Shown: positions 9,701 to 18,122, counted from the stretch's first letter. The stretch is DNA of 38,856 nt from an uncultured Chitinophagaceae bacterium (GCA_964620795.1 CAZUHX010000003.1:1-38856); one strand, 5' to 3'. A program made the numbers and translations. Notes: generated by a model from the sequence alone, not told the origin.

Positions 9701-10467
9701 ACTCCATTGTGGTTGAAACAGATTCCGCTACTTGCTACAGGCTGAGTGACGGAGTGATTCGTGTTTACGGTCTCACTTCTTTCAATTCGGTTTATCGCTA
9801 TGGCCTCGACAACGGACCACTGCAGTTTGGAAATGATTTTACAGGAATCTCAGCTGGACTTCATAGTCTATTGGTGGTGAATGCCTTTGGATGCGAAACC
9901 AGAATCCCGGTGATTATGACGGAGCCGCAGCCTATTATTGCTGAGGTTAATCCCGACACTATTTCCATCGGACTTGGAGATGCCCAAGGTGTTGTAGTTC
10001 AGGTGGCGAACATCGATTCTAATCAGGTTGACTTTATCTGGTCTCCGAGAGAAGGTCTGAGTTGTTTTGATTGTTTTAATCCCATTGTGAGCCCTTATCG
10101 TGAAACGGAATATACCGTCACTGTGAGTCAGCGTAGACGGGATGGATTGCGTTGCCAGACGGAGGCCAAATTGCTTGCTTTGGTGGCAGAGGCTCAGCCT
10201 ACTTTTGTACCCAATACATTTTCTCCCAATGGCGACGGTGTGAATGATGAATTTCTGGTTTACGGAAATGACATCAAGTCAATCAGCATGAAAATCTTCA
10301 ACCGCTGGGGCGAAAAGGTATTTGAATCAACCAACCAGAAATTTGGATGGAATGGAAAATACAGAGGAGAAGATGCTGTGACCGGAGTTTATACTTATTA
10401 CGTTCAGATCAGAACCCTTGATGACAAGGAAAGCATGCAGCAGGGAACGATCAACCTCATTCGTTGA
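6733..10467 (+). CDS. large cell-surface protein with SprB-type repeats and a T9SS type B C-terminal sorting domain
   Basis: Signal peptide MKLKSLGVLFALLFSQNFLRAQ. About 8-9 repeats of the form C[FY]G..[DT]G.[IV]......GG..PY.Y.W. The C-terminus FVPNTFSPNGDGVNDEFLVYG...IFNRWGEKVFES...GWNGKYRGEDAVTGVYTYYV is the gliding-motility-associated (type B) CTD. Confidence 0.9.
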   Translation: MKLKSLGVLFALLFSQNFLRAQCAGQSTYTVSPLPSANGTYPPNTTVTVCFTMVGYTQTNANWVDGFEVQLGPGWVVSSLTPTVPPATQGGGAGQWLWRTTVVGSNTGNTNGPGFFFDLNNDGNPGNDFGDNSSTGTWTFCFTVQTGTTPGATLSIGIDVLSDSEIGSWSTTNLCGGPPVIAVPSSTTIAAAPCSVTAGYTGSRCQGASGTLNTSTFAGATTYSWSGPNAFSSTQQNPSLGPLAAASSGTYNVTVSSGTCTATSSVVVNVVSPAQITMTAGNVTCFGLTNGSVAAAVVPARPYTYAWSGTTQTTATISNLAAGVYNLTVTDTSGCTATASATVVQPAAALNAQAGNDTVIVNGGIAQIGGSPTASGGTGPYTYSWTPAASVTNATAANTSASPAFTTNYVVCVTDSNSCTDCDTARVRVIFGPLAEAFVLNQGGIITFPDSIRLCPGSSLTLGGSPTGSLGTPPYRYLWTPSTGLSSDTVPNPVLTNATSSANYVVTVTDSAGLIGRDTIRVIVPAALSLSVINTPVSCFGLSTGALDLTVSGGFTPFSYSWNTGSVNQDLSGLPLGNYSVTVTDANQCSTSGSYTISQPVAPLAVGPGNITAVSCFGGSDGAVSVNPNGGTSPYSYVWSNSQFNSGIVNVVAGTYRVTVSDNRGCRDSAQFTITQPATAVQVDSVTSRPVRCFGQADGSLAVFASGGSPTYTYLWSNNATTSAVSSQPAGSYAVTVTDRNGCTASGNTLITQPALAVGFNPPVITDARCFGASDGAITVSGNGGVAPYTYLWFNGNTSTTVNGLAAGNYSVTVTDANLCTATATYTINAPVSLVLSPVVTDLLCYGASTGSIDANPSGATSPYQFIWSDGQTSQTAINLVQGTYSLTATDANGCTASASATLNQPDSLSISATATRVACLGISDGTISITASGGNLPYIYRIVPLGGATQSQSTSSFTGLSAGQYTYSFIDANNCSRQAQIIVPEALADSIVVETDSATCYRLSDGVIRVYGLTSFNSVYRYGLDNGPLQFGNDFTGISAGLHSLLVVNAFGCETRIPVIMTEPQPIIAEVNPDTISIGLGDAQGVVVQVANIDSNQVDFIWSPREGLSCFDCFNPIVSPYRETEYTVTVSQRRRDGLRCQTEAKLLALVAEAQPTFVPNTFSPNGDGVNDEFLVYGNDIKSISMKIFNRWGEKVFESTNQKFGWNGKYRGEDAVTGVYTYYVQIRTLDDKESMQQGTINLIR

Positions 10468-10944
10468 TCATAGTTCCAGCAGTTCGCTGCTTACAAGAAT
10501 GCCGTCTTCGTCGGCATAGAGATAATCTCCTGGTGCAACAACCAGCCCGCTGAAACGCAGGAATATATTTTCCTGTCCCTCATTTCTTTTTTCTGTTTTA
10601 AAGGGATGTGTTCCTAAAGCCATTACTCCCAGATTCATTTGAGCAATTGCGGCTGAGTCGCGGATGCATCCATAAACAACGATCCCTTCCCATCCATGTT
10701 CAACGGCCAGGGAAGCCAGTTGGTCGCCCAGAAGAGCCGCACGCATGGATCCGCCACCATCCACCACAAGCACTTTGCCCGAACCCGCAGTACTCAGCAC
10801 TTTTCGAACCAGTGAGTTGTCTTCGAATAATTTGAGTGTGACCGCCTGTCCGTGAAACGCTCTTCTTCCTCCAAACGAGCGATATACGGGATCTGCCGCA
10901 ATAAATTTTCCCGGATACTTGTCTGAAAGCTCTGCTGTTTGCAT
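10468..10944 (-). CDS. rraA: RraA family protein (RNase E regulator / HMG aldolase family)
   Basis: 158 aa. FGGRRAFHGQAVTLKLFEDNSLV...GKVLVVDGGGSMRAALLGDQLA is the RraA/MenG signature. Confidence 0.88.
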   Translation of the reverse strand: MQTAELSDKYPGKFIAADPVYRSFGGRRAFHGQAVTLKLFEDNSLVRKVLSTAGSGKVLVVDGGGSMRAALLGDQLASLAVEHGWEGIVVYGCIRDSAAIAQMNLGVMALGTHPFKTEKRNEGQENIFLRFSGLVVAPGDYLYADEDGILVSSELLEL

Positions 10945-10957
10945 AAATGGTTAGATT

Positions 10958-11755
10958 TTATTTGAATAGGTAGGATAAAATGTACCCTTTTCTGAGCACA
11001 AAAAGGCGATCTTGAGTTACTGCCGCATCAAGGATATTTTCAGTGCCGCCCGGCAGATCTATGCATTTCTGCTCAAGGGTAGATGGGTCGTAAGAACACA
11101 GTTTGTCTTGCTTGCAGTAATAAACCTTCGTCCCTTGCAGTTGAAAGCGCTGCAGATTCTTTAATGGAAGTGTTTTGGCATAGCCTCCAAACACATCAAA
11201 CACCAGAATACCCTGTTCGGGATCATTGAGCAGCACCTGATTGTCCTTTTCCTGAATAAAAGTGGGTTGAACCGATGTTTTTAAAATCTGATTCAGGGGT
11301 GGGCTTTCCCGGATGATTTTCCCCGTCTCGTCAATTTTTTTGAGCATAAACCGGATATTGTCATAAAACCAAAACCGGCCATCTGTTGAGTTACAAACAG
11401 CAGTAACGTTTTGATAACCCAGTTCAAAAAAGCTGTAGCTCACCAAAGGAGAAAGAAATTTATCCAGTACCACTACTGTCATGAAATCCGGAAAATAAAT
11501 AAGTGGTTTCAGCGGGTTGGAAACATCAATCATTCCGATTCTGCCGTAGCGGTATTCCTGGTAAGGAAGGGGTGTATTTTGTCCGGGACTGAACTTATAC
11601 AGACGGTTTGCCCCGGCCACCCAGAGATTTCCCAACTTGTCGGCAGCGATCATCTGTCCTTCGGCTGAAAAGCTGTCAGAAGGCATTAACAACTGCGCCT
11701 TAGCAAATTTGCTCATGGCCAGTACCAATATGAAAATCAAACTAACCGACTTCAT
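10958..11755 (-). CDS. hypothetical secreted protein
   Basis: Long ORF. The internal start at 11755 gives a clean signal peptide, MKSVSLIFILVLAMSKFAKAQ, and a 14-nt overlap with the lpxH stop. No recognisable catalytic motif. Confidence 0.6.
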   Translation of the reverse strand: MKSVSLIFILVLAMSKFAKAQLLMPSDSFSAEGQMIAADKLGNLWVAGANRLYKFSPGQNTPLPYQEYRYGRIGMIDVSNPLKPLIYFPDFMTVVVLDKFLSPLVSYSFFELGYQNVTAVCNSTDGRFWFYDNIRFMLKKIDETGKIIRESPPLNQILKTSVQPTFIQEKDNQVLLNDPEQGILVFDVFGGYAKTLPLKNLQRFQLQGTKVYYCKQDKLCSYDPSTLEQKCIDLPGGTENILDAAVTQDRLFVLRKGYILSYLFK

Positions 11756-12506
11756 TGTTAAAATACCTGAGTTCGCATTCCTGTCCGTCGAATATGACAT
11801 AACTGTTGTAACTGATCCAATCTCCCGTATTGAAGTATAGTGATTGTTCTACGGGTAGAGAAAGAGGAAGATGGCGATGCCCAAAAAGATAGAAATCGCA
11901 AGGCTCGGTTCTGATTTTTCGCTGAACATATTTGTAGAGCCACTCTTCATCTGCCGTTTTAAATTGCTCTTTCTTGGCTTGGCCCTGACTAAACCTGCTT
12001 CTGAAAGAAAGCCACGCAGCCAGACGTGTACCCACATCGGGATGCAGCCAGCGGAAAAGCCATCTGCAAACCGGATTTCGAAACACTTTTTTCAGCAGCT
12101 TGTAGCCCATGTCTTCGGGACCAAGCCCATCGCCGTGAGCAAGAAAAAAGGTTTTCCCTTCAAGCCGGATGATCAGTCGGTCAGAAACAATTTTAACACC
12201 GACTTCTTGCACCAGATAATCATCCATCCACATATCATGATTTCCGTGAAACAGATATACCGGAATACCGGATTCAGTGATTCGGGCAAGCGCTGACAGG
12301 CTGCGTATAAATCCCTTAGGAACTACAGTTTTGTATTCGTGCCAGAAATCAAACAGATCTCCGAGAATGAAAATTCCTCTGGCGTCTTTTGAAGCCATTT
12401 CAAGCCAGTTTACAAAAAGTTTTTCGCGCAACAAGCTTTGCTCACGATCGGGCACACCCAAATGAAGGTCAGAAATGAAATAGTATTTTCCGGCTTCTGT
12501 ACTCAT
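11742..12506 (-). CDS. lpxH: UDP-2,3-diacylglucosamine diphosphatase
   Basis: Calcineurin-like metallophosphoesterase motifs in LpxH order: YFISDLHLG, ILGDLFDFW, GNHDMW, GHRH. Confidence 0.82.
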   Translation of the reverse strand: MSTEAGKYYFISDLHLGVPDREQSLLREKLFVNWLEMASKDARGIFILGDLFDFWHEYKTVVPKGFIRSLSALARITESGIPVYLFHGNHDMWMDDYLVQEVGVKIVSDRLIIRLEGKTFFLAHGDGLGPEDMGYKLLKKVFRNPVCRWLFRWLHPDVGTRLAAWLSFRSRFSQGQAKKEQFKTADEEWLYKYVQRKIRTEPCDFYLFGHRHLPLSLPVEQSLYFNTGDWISYNSYVIFDGQECELRYFNNEVG

Positions 12507-12550
12507 GTTTCATCTGCTAAAATAAAAGAATAGCCTTCCAAGTCTGTGTG

Positions 12551-12558
12551 TATCTTTG
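12551..12558 (+). promoter_or_regulatory. Bacteroidota -7 promoter box TATCTTTG
   Basis: Exact match to the TAnnTTTG consensus. It ends 4 nt before ATG 12563, which implies a leaderless or near-leaderless mRNA. Confidence 0.4.
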
Positions 12559-12562
12559 AAAC

Positions 12563-13072
12563 ATGAGATTAAGCATCCTCATTTTGTTGTTTTTGACCGG
12601 TCTGTTCAACTCTTGTGATCAACGCAGCTGTGAGAATGTAAACTGCCCGGCTGGAAGAACTTGTATCAATGGAAATTGTGTTTGCCCATCGGGATTCGAA
12701 GGTGCCAATTGCGACCAGGATGCCACCCGCAAATTCATTGGCAATTATCAGGCTTCAGAAAACTGTTTGAGTGGAGCCCCTTTAGTTGGAACCTATTTCC
12801 CTTTTGTTTCCGTTAATCCCAACAGGCCTTCCGAGATTATCATCAATAACTTTTTGGCTCAATTCACCATTTATGCCCAGATCCAAACCGACAACAACAA
12901 TCTGGGAACCATCGTTGTGATACCCAATCAGAATCTGGGCGGAAGCAGCGGAAGCTTTGTGACTGGTCAGGGAAATTTTGATGTTGCCAATAACAGGATG
13001 ACCCTTAATTTGGAGTATTATATCAACTTCGAAAACAAAGCTTGTACCCATACCTTTTTCAAACAACCCTAA
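12563..13072 (+). CDS. hypothetical lipoprotein with an EGF-like cysteine module
   Basis: Lipobox LFNSC. Then CENVNCPAGRTCINGNCVCPSGFEGANCD, which has EGF-like C spacing and the C.C..GF.G..C motif. The rest has no recognisable motif. Confidence 0.6.
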   Translation: MRLSILILLFLTGLFNSCDQRSCENVNCPAGRTCINGNCVCPSGFEGANCDQDATRKFIGNYQASENCLSGAPLVGTYFPFVSVNPNRPSEIIINNFLAQFTIYAQIQTDNNNLGTIVVIPNQNLGGSSGSFVTGQGNFDVANNRMTLNLEYYINFENKACTHTFFKQP

Positions 13073-13076
13073 AGGC

Positions 13077-13099
13077 CGCGAAATAGTGGTAATTTCGCG
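13077..13099 (+). promoter_or_regulatory. 8-bp GC/AT hairpin immediately 5' of the ABC-F start codon
   Basis: CGCGAAAT (13077-13084), loop AGTGGTA, ATTTCGCG (13092-13099). It can extend by GG/CC across one mismatch. No T-run follows, and ATG 13108 is 8 nt downstream. Confidence 0.4.
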
Positions 13100-13107
13100 C
13101 CCTGATT

Positions 13108-15030
13108 ATGATAGCGGTTTCCAACATTCAACTGGCCTTTGGCGGGCGGCACATTTTTGACGGAGTTTCTTTTCTGATCGGAAAGAGCGACAAAATCGGT
13201 CTGGTAGGCCGAAACGGAGCAGGAAAAAGTACCCTGATGAAAGTGGTTAAAGGTCTTCAGCCCGCTGATGGGGGCGACATTATGTATCCAAGAGGAACAT
13301 TGATCGGTTATCTTCCCCAAAACATTGACACCCAAAGCAGGCTATCTGTTTCAGACGAGGCTAAAAAGGCTTTTGAACAAACTCTGAAATACATGGAAGA
13401 GCGCGATCGTCTGGTCAGGGAAATGGAAGAGCGCACCGACTACGAATCAGATGGGTATATGGATCTCATTAACCGGCTGCAGGAAGTGGAACATCAGATA
13501 GAGATTCATGATGGCTATCGCATGGATGAAGAAATTGAACGGGTGCTGAAGGGTCTCGGCTTTGATCCTGCCGATTTCGGCAAGAAAATGTCTGAACTGA
13601 GCGGTGGCTGGCAAATGAGGGTAGAGCTTGCTAAAATTCTTTTGCAGAAGCCGGATCTGATTATGCTCGATGAGCCAACCAATCACCTTGACATTGAGTC
13701 TGTTTTATGGCTGGAAGAGTTTCTGAAAGATTATCCCGGAGCAGTAATGATGGTAAGCCACGACCGGCAGTTTCTCGACAATATCACTTCTCGTACTATT
13801 GAAGTCACAGGAGGGGAGGTAGACGAATATCCTGCTTCTTACAGCGGTTATCTGGAAATGCGGAAGGAAAGAAGGGAACAACAGATGAATGCTTTCAAAA
13901 ATCAGCAGCGTGAGATTGCCCGCATTGAAAGGAATATTGAGCGCTTTAAGGCCAAGGCCAGCAAAGCCTCTTTCGCACAGTCGCTGGTTAAGAAGCTCGA
14001 TAAAATGGAGGTGGTTGAGATTGATGAAGAAGACGCTAGAGCGATGGACATCCGTTTTCCGGAAGCCCAAGCATCGGGAAAAGTGGTGGCCACTGCAAGG
14101 AAGTTAAGTCGCAGCTATGGAGAAAAAGTGGTGCTTCGCAACCAGGAATTTGACATCATGCGAGGCGATAAAATCGCTTTTGTGGGAAAAAACGGGATGG
14201 GGAAATCTACGCTATCGAAAATTCTGGTAGGCGACACCGATTACACAGGCGATTTTCAGCTTGGTCATCAAGTCACAATAGGTTTTTATGCCCAGCATGC
14301 AGCTGACACCCTTGATGGAAACGATACTGTGCTTGACACGGTTGATCGCGTGGCGGTGGGCGATGTGCGAACCAAACTGAGAGATCTGCTTGGCTGCTTC
14401 CTTTTCACAGGAGATGATGTGTTTAAAAAAGTGAAAGTTCTCTCGGGCGGCGAAAAAAGCCGACTTGCGCTCTGCCGCATGATTCTCGAACCCAGAAATT
14501 TTTTGGTGCTCGATGAACCAACCAATCATCTTGACATGCTCTCGAAGGAGATCCTCAAGAGGGCTCTTCAGCAGTATAAAGGAACGGTGGTTGTGGTAAG
14601 TCACGACCGCGAGTTTTTGAGAGATCTGGCCAGCCGTATTTTTGAGTTTACACCCAACGGTATCAGAGAGTTTCCCGGCAATATTGACGAGTTTCTTGAG
14701 TTTCGCAAGAAGGAAGATATGCGCTCTTATGAGCAGGAAGAAAAGAAAAACAAGCCGGCACTCCAGACGGCTGCGCATCAGATTCAAAAAAGCACTACAG
14801 ATCAGGAAAATAAAAAACTGCGACAAGAGGTAATTAAGCTGGAAGAAAGCATCCGTTTACAGGAAGAAAAAATAGCATCGCTCGAATCCAAGCTAAATAA
14901 TCCCCTGCATTTTAAGAGTGGGGTCCCTGACCAGGCATTTTATGAGGAATATGAAAAAAGCAAATCTTTGCTCGATATCCTTATGAAAGATTGGGAACAG
15001 AAAATCCAGCTTCTGGAAAGCGGTCTATAA
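13108..15030 (+). CDS. ABC-F family ATPase (two ABC cassettes, no membrane domain)
   Basis: Two Walker A motifs (GRNGAGKST, GKNGMGKST), two LSGG signatures (LSGGWQMR, LSGGEKSR), two Walker B motifs (LIMLDEPTNHLD, FLVLDEPTNHLD) and a C-terminal coiled-coil tail. Confidence 0.92.
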   Translation: MIAVSNIQLAFGGRHIFDGVSFLIGKSDKIGLVGRNGAGKSTLMKVVKGLQPADGGDIMYPRGTLIGYLPQNIDTQSRLSVSDEAKKAFEQTLKYMEERDRLVREMEERTDYESDGYMDLINRLQEVEHQIEIHDGYRMDEEIERVLKGLGFDPADFGKKMSELSGGWQMRVELAKILLQKPDLIMLDEPTNHLDIESVLWLEEFLKDYPGAVMMVSHDRQFLDNITSRTIEVTGGEVDEYPASYSGYLEMRKERREQQMNAFKNQQREIARIERNIERFKAKASKASFAQSLVKKLDKMEVVEIDEEDARAMDIRFPEAQASGKVVATARKLSRSYGEKVVLRNQEFDIMRGDKIAFVGKNGMGKSTLSKILVGDTDYTGDFQLGHQVTIGFYAQHAADTLDGNDTVLDTVDRVAVGDVRTKLRDLLGCFLFTGDDVFKKVKVLSGGEKSRLALCRMILEPRNFLVLDEPTNHLDMLSKEILKRALQQYKGTVVVVSHDREFLRDLASRIFEFTPNGIREFPGNIDEFLEFRKKEDMRSYEQEEKKNKPALQTAAHQIQKSTTDQENKKLRQEVIKLEESIRLQEEKIASLESKLNNPLHFKSGVPDQAFYEEYEKSKSLLDILMKDWEQKIQLLESGL

Positions 15031-15039
15031 ATCATATAT

Positions 15040-16692
15040 ATGACTATACGTTTTTCTCTTTTTGCATTCGGTCTGTTTGGAGTAATGTTTTTATTGCATG
15101 CCCAAACCCCTGATTTTCGCCCACATATCCTTTATCTTGCTTCAGATTCGCTTGGCGGCCGGCTTACAGGAACCCATGGAGAAAAACTGGCATCAGAGTA
15201 CATTGCCGAAGTGTTTCGTGTAAATGGAATAGTGCCGGTACCTGGATTGAATGGTTATTACCAGGAATTTGCATTCTCAAGAGGTAAAGCTTTGGGCCCT
15301 GAGAACAGCCTAAGAACCGGAAAGGTAACTTTTAAACAAGGAGATCGTTTTTATCCTCTTGCTTTTAGCGGAAGTGGAAAAGCAGATGCAAGAGTGGTTG
15401 ATCTGAGCTATGGAATTGGTGACACAAAGTCCATTGATGATTACAAAGGCAAAAAGGTAAAAGGGAAAATAGTACTTATTCGTACCGGTCTGCCGGCTTC
15501 CGTCAATCCGCACACAGAACCGGGGAGATTTGCAGATCTGAAAGAGAAGGCTGCATACGCCGCATCGAAAGGTGCTGCAGCGGTGATTTTTTTCAATCCC
15601 GATACTGCAGTGCAGAATCCTGTTCTGCAGCTCGATATTCCGGTTAAAGAGCTCAGTATCCCGGCGGTTTTTCTTGCTGACTATAAGTATGCTTCCAAAC
15701 TTGTGCGACAAAAAATTTCCCTGAGCACAGACCTTTACAAACTTAGCGGTACAGGACGGAACGTATTGGGTTGGATTGACCACAAAGCACCAAATACGGT
15801 TTTGATAGGAGCCCACTTCGATCATCTTGGTCTGGGCGACGATAGACATTCAAGATATAGAGGAGAACCGCAGGTACATAATGGAGCTGATGATAATGCA
15901 AGCGGCGTGAGCATGATGCTGGAATTGGGGAGGGCACTTCAAACCCCGGATTGGAAGGCAAACAACTATCTGCTGGTCGCTTTTTCCGGTGAAGAACTGG
16001 GGCTTTGGGGCTCCAAGTGGCTGGCAGACCATATCCCGCAATCGGTAGGCCCAATCAATTATATGTTGAATTTTGATATGGTAGGAAGGGTAGACAGCCA
16101 GAGTAATGCCCTAATTATCAACGGCACGGGAACCTCGCCCCAATGGTCAACAGCGATCAAAAATGCAGATCAGCAGAGCCTGCAGATAAAGACCACAGAA
16201 AGCGGTGTAGGCCCGTCTGATCATACCTCTTTTTATCTGAAGAACATCCCTGTTCTTCATTTTTTTAGCGGTAATCACGAAGATTATCATAAGCCCGGAG
16301 ATGATGAGCATAAGATCAATTATGCTGGCATGAACAGGGTCTTTGTGCTTGTTAAAGATTTAATGCAACAGTTAAACACATCAGAAAAAATAGCATTTAC
16401 AAAGACCAAAGATCAGGACAATGATAATGCGCCTCGCTTTACTGTTACCCTGGGAGTGGTTCCCGATTATACTTACGATGGAGAGGGAATGAGAATAGAT
16501 GCCGTCACTGAGGGGAAAACAGCTTCAGCCGCAGGTTTGAAACCCGGTGATGTAGTGTTGCAGTTGGGGATGATTAAAGTTACGGATATGATGAGCTACA
16601 TGAAGGCTTTGTCTTATTTCAGAAAAGGAGACAAGACAAGGGTTCGTTACATGAGAGGAAAAGAAGAGCAGGAAAAGGAGCTTCAATTCTGA
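15040..16692 (+). CDS. M28 family metallopeptidase with PA and C-terminal PDZ-like domains
   Basis: Signal peptide. The metal-binding core is HFDHLG...NGADDNASGVSMMLELGR...FSGEELGLWGS...NFDMVG. The C-terminal GLKPGDVVLQLG is PDZ-like. Confidence 0.82.
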   Translation: MTIRFSLFAFGLFGVMFLLHAQTPDFRPHILYLASDSLGGRLTGTHGEKLASEYIAEVFRVNGIVPVPGLNGYYQEFAFSRGKALGPENSLRTGKVTFKQGDRFYPLAFSGSGKADARVVDLSYGIGDTKSIDDYKGKKVKGKIVLIRTGLPASVNPHTEPGRFADLKEKAAYAASKGAAAVIFFNPDTAVQNPVLQLDIPVKELSIPAVFLADYKYASKLVRQKISLSTDLYKLSGTGRNVLGWIDHKAPNTVLIGAHFDHLGLGDDRHSRYRGEPQVHNGADDNASGVSMMLELGRALQTPDWKANNYLLVAFSGEELGLWGSKWLADHIPQSVGPINYMLNFDMVGRVDSQSNALIINGTGTSPQWSTAIKNADQQSLQIKTTESGVGPSDHTSFYLKNIPVLHFFSGNHEDYHKPGDDEHKINYAGMNRVFVLVKDLMQQLNTSEKIAFTKTKDQDNDNAPRFTVTLGVVPDYTYDGEGMRIDAVTEGKTASAAGLKPGDVVLQLGMIKVTDMMSYMKALSYFRKGDKTRVRYMRGKEEQEKELQF

Positions 16693-17336
16693 TGAAAAAA
16701 CCTTTGATCCTTCATCTGGATACCGGCGGTGTGTTTGGCCAGCTGGGTTTAAGTTGCGGCAGCGAATTGATTGCCTCTGTTCGTGATACCGAAGCCCAAA
16801 AACAGTCTTCACATATTTCAGGATTTGCAGAGCGTCTTCTTTCAGAGGCAGGTGTAAAAATAGGCTCCCTGGATGCGGTATCCGTAGTAGCCGGGCCGGG
16901 ATCTTTCACCGGACTGCGAATCGGTGTTTCATTTGCCAAGGGTGTAGCTTTTTCTCTGGGGGTTCCACTCATTTCCTGTAGTCTTCTGGAGGCATTGAAT
17001 TTGAGAAATATGAGGGAGAACCCGCATTCAGAAAGTTGGGTTAGTATGATTCCGGCAGGAGGAGAATGGGTCTTTGCAAGAGCTGATGGTGTCATAAAAT
17101 ATGCTGAAAATGAATATTTTATAAAAGATATTATTGACTGGCAGAACCATTTTGAAAAAACTGCGTTTTCATGCACGGTGAAAGATTTAAATAATAAGAA
17201 CTCTGATTTGTTTACTCCGGAAATCAGTGATGTTGTGTCACTATGTGTTAACAAATATTATAGTAACATATTTGAAGAACTTGCTTTCTTTGAACCCAGA
17301 TATATCAGCCCATTCAGAAGCGGCTCCAAAAAGTAA
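16692..17336 (+). CDS. tsaB: tRNA t6A37 biosynthesis protein TsaB (YeaZ)
   Basis: GPGSFTGLRIGVSFAKGVAFSLGVPL is the TsaB signature. Its ATG overlaps the upstream TGA (TGATG). Confidence 0.82.
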   Translation: MKKPLILHLDTGGVFGQLGLSCGSELIASVRDTEAQKQSSHISGFAERLLSEAGVKIGSLDAVSVVAGPGSFTGLRIGVSFAKGVAFSLGVPLISCSLLEALNLRNMRENPHSESWVSMIPAGGEWVFARADGVIKYAENEYFIKDIIDWQNHFEKTAFSCTVKDLNNKNSDLFTPEISDVVSLCVNKYYSNIFEELAFFEPRYISPFRSGSKK

Positions 17337-17394
17337 TTGGTATATTTTTAAAGCGAACCTAAGAACTTAACTCATACCTATTGAACCTCAAACT

Positions 17395-17757
17395 ATGGCA
17401 GCAAAGTCAAACAGCAACAAGGAGATATTGATACTCTCCAGCCCGGCCAAGGGACAGCCGGAGCAAATCCGTCTTGATTTTAATGTGCTTCGCAAGGCAG
17501 TACTTACTCTGCGGGCAATTAACCATCCTCTTCGCAGAGAGATGATTCAACTGCTTGAAGAAAAAAAGAAACTAGCAGTTACAGAGATTTACGTTAAACT
17601 TCGTATTGAACAGTCTGTTGCATCGCAGCATCTTGCCATTCTGCGCAAAGCAGATCTGCTTATCACAGAAAGAGATGGTAAGTATATCTATTACACCATC
17701 AATAAAGCCAGATTCGCTGAAGTAGTTGATCTTATTCAGGATCTCGCAGCAGTCTGA
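17395..17757 (+). CDS. ArsR/SmtB-family winged-helix regulator, paralog 1, no cysteines
   Basis: LRAINHPLRREMIQLLEE...VTEIYVKLRIEQSVASQHLAILRKADLL is the ArsR HTH. The protein contains no Cys. Confidence 0.78.
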   Translation: MAAKSNSNKEILILSSPAKGQPEQIRLDFNVLRKAVLTLRAINHPLRREMIQLLEEKKKLAVTEIYVKLRIEQSVASQHLAILRKADLLITERDGKYIYYTINKARFAEVVDLIQDLAAV

Positions 17758-17793
17758 TTATCATAAATTCCTGAATCCCAAAATCAACTCATC

Positions 17794-18090
17794 GTGGCCA
17801 AGAAAACCAAATTCCCTGCAGATAAGCTGGAAATATCTGCCGAATTGCTGAGAGCGCTTTCACATCCTGTGAGGCTGAAGATTCTTTCCTTTATTTCAAA
17901 AAACAAGGAAGTGAATGTGAATACCATCTACAGAGAGTTGAAGCTAGAGCAGTCAATTACATCGCAGCATCTGAAAATCCTACGTGACAATGATTTAGTG
18001 ACCTCAGCCCGCGAAGGCAAAATGGTTTTCTACACCATTGAGTTCCCGAAAATTAAAGCCATTCAGGAGCTTCTTGCAACCTATTTCTGA
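17794..18090 (+). CDS. ArsR/SmtB-family winged-helix regulator, paralog 2, no cysteines
   Basis: LRALSHPVRLKILSFIS...VNTIYRELKLEQSITSQHLKILRDNDLV. GTG start at 17794, with no in-frame ATG near it. The protein contains no Cys. Confidence 0.78.
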   Translation: MAKKTKFPADKLEISAELLRALSHPVRLKILSFISKNKEVNVNTIYRELKLEQSITSQHLKILRDNDLVTSAREGKMVFYTIEFPKIKAIQELLATYF

Positions 18091-18122
18091 TTCTCCTCTG
18101 ATCTGCCCTTTCATCCGATCAG

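Noticed and set aside
7560-9900. Periodic repetition in the large surface-protein gene, considered as a possible CRISPR array or tandem DNA repeat.
   Set aside because: The periodicity is at the protein level (SprB-type repeats of about 75-80 aa with divergent DNA) and lies inside a continuous ORF. There are no short identical direct repeats with unique spacers.
14212-14826. Long antisense ORFs inside well-supported genes. Examples: 204 aa at 14212-14826 (-) inside the ABC-F gene, 179 aa at 15310-15849 (-), 180 aa at 16712-17254 (-), 185 aa at 35488-36045 (+), 149 aa at 38246-38695 (+), 152 aa at 22984-23442 (+) and 164 aa at 1075-1569 (+).
   Set aside because: Each lies entirely within a gene on the other strand or frame that has clear family motifs. 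Their translations are low-complexity or Arg/Ser/Cys-rich and carry no recognisable motif. They are typical shadow ORFs.
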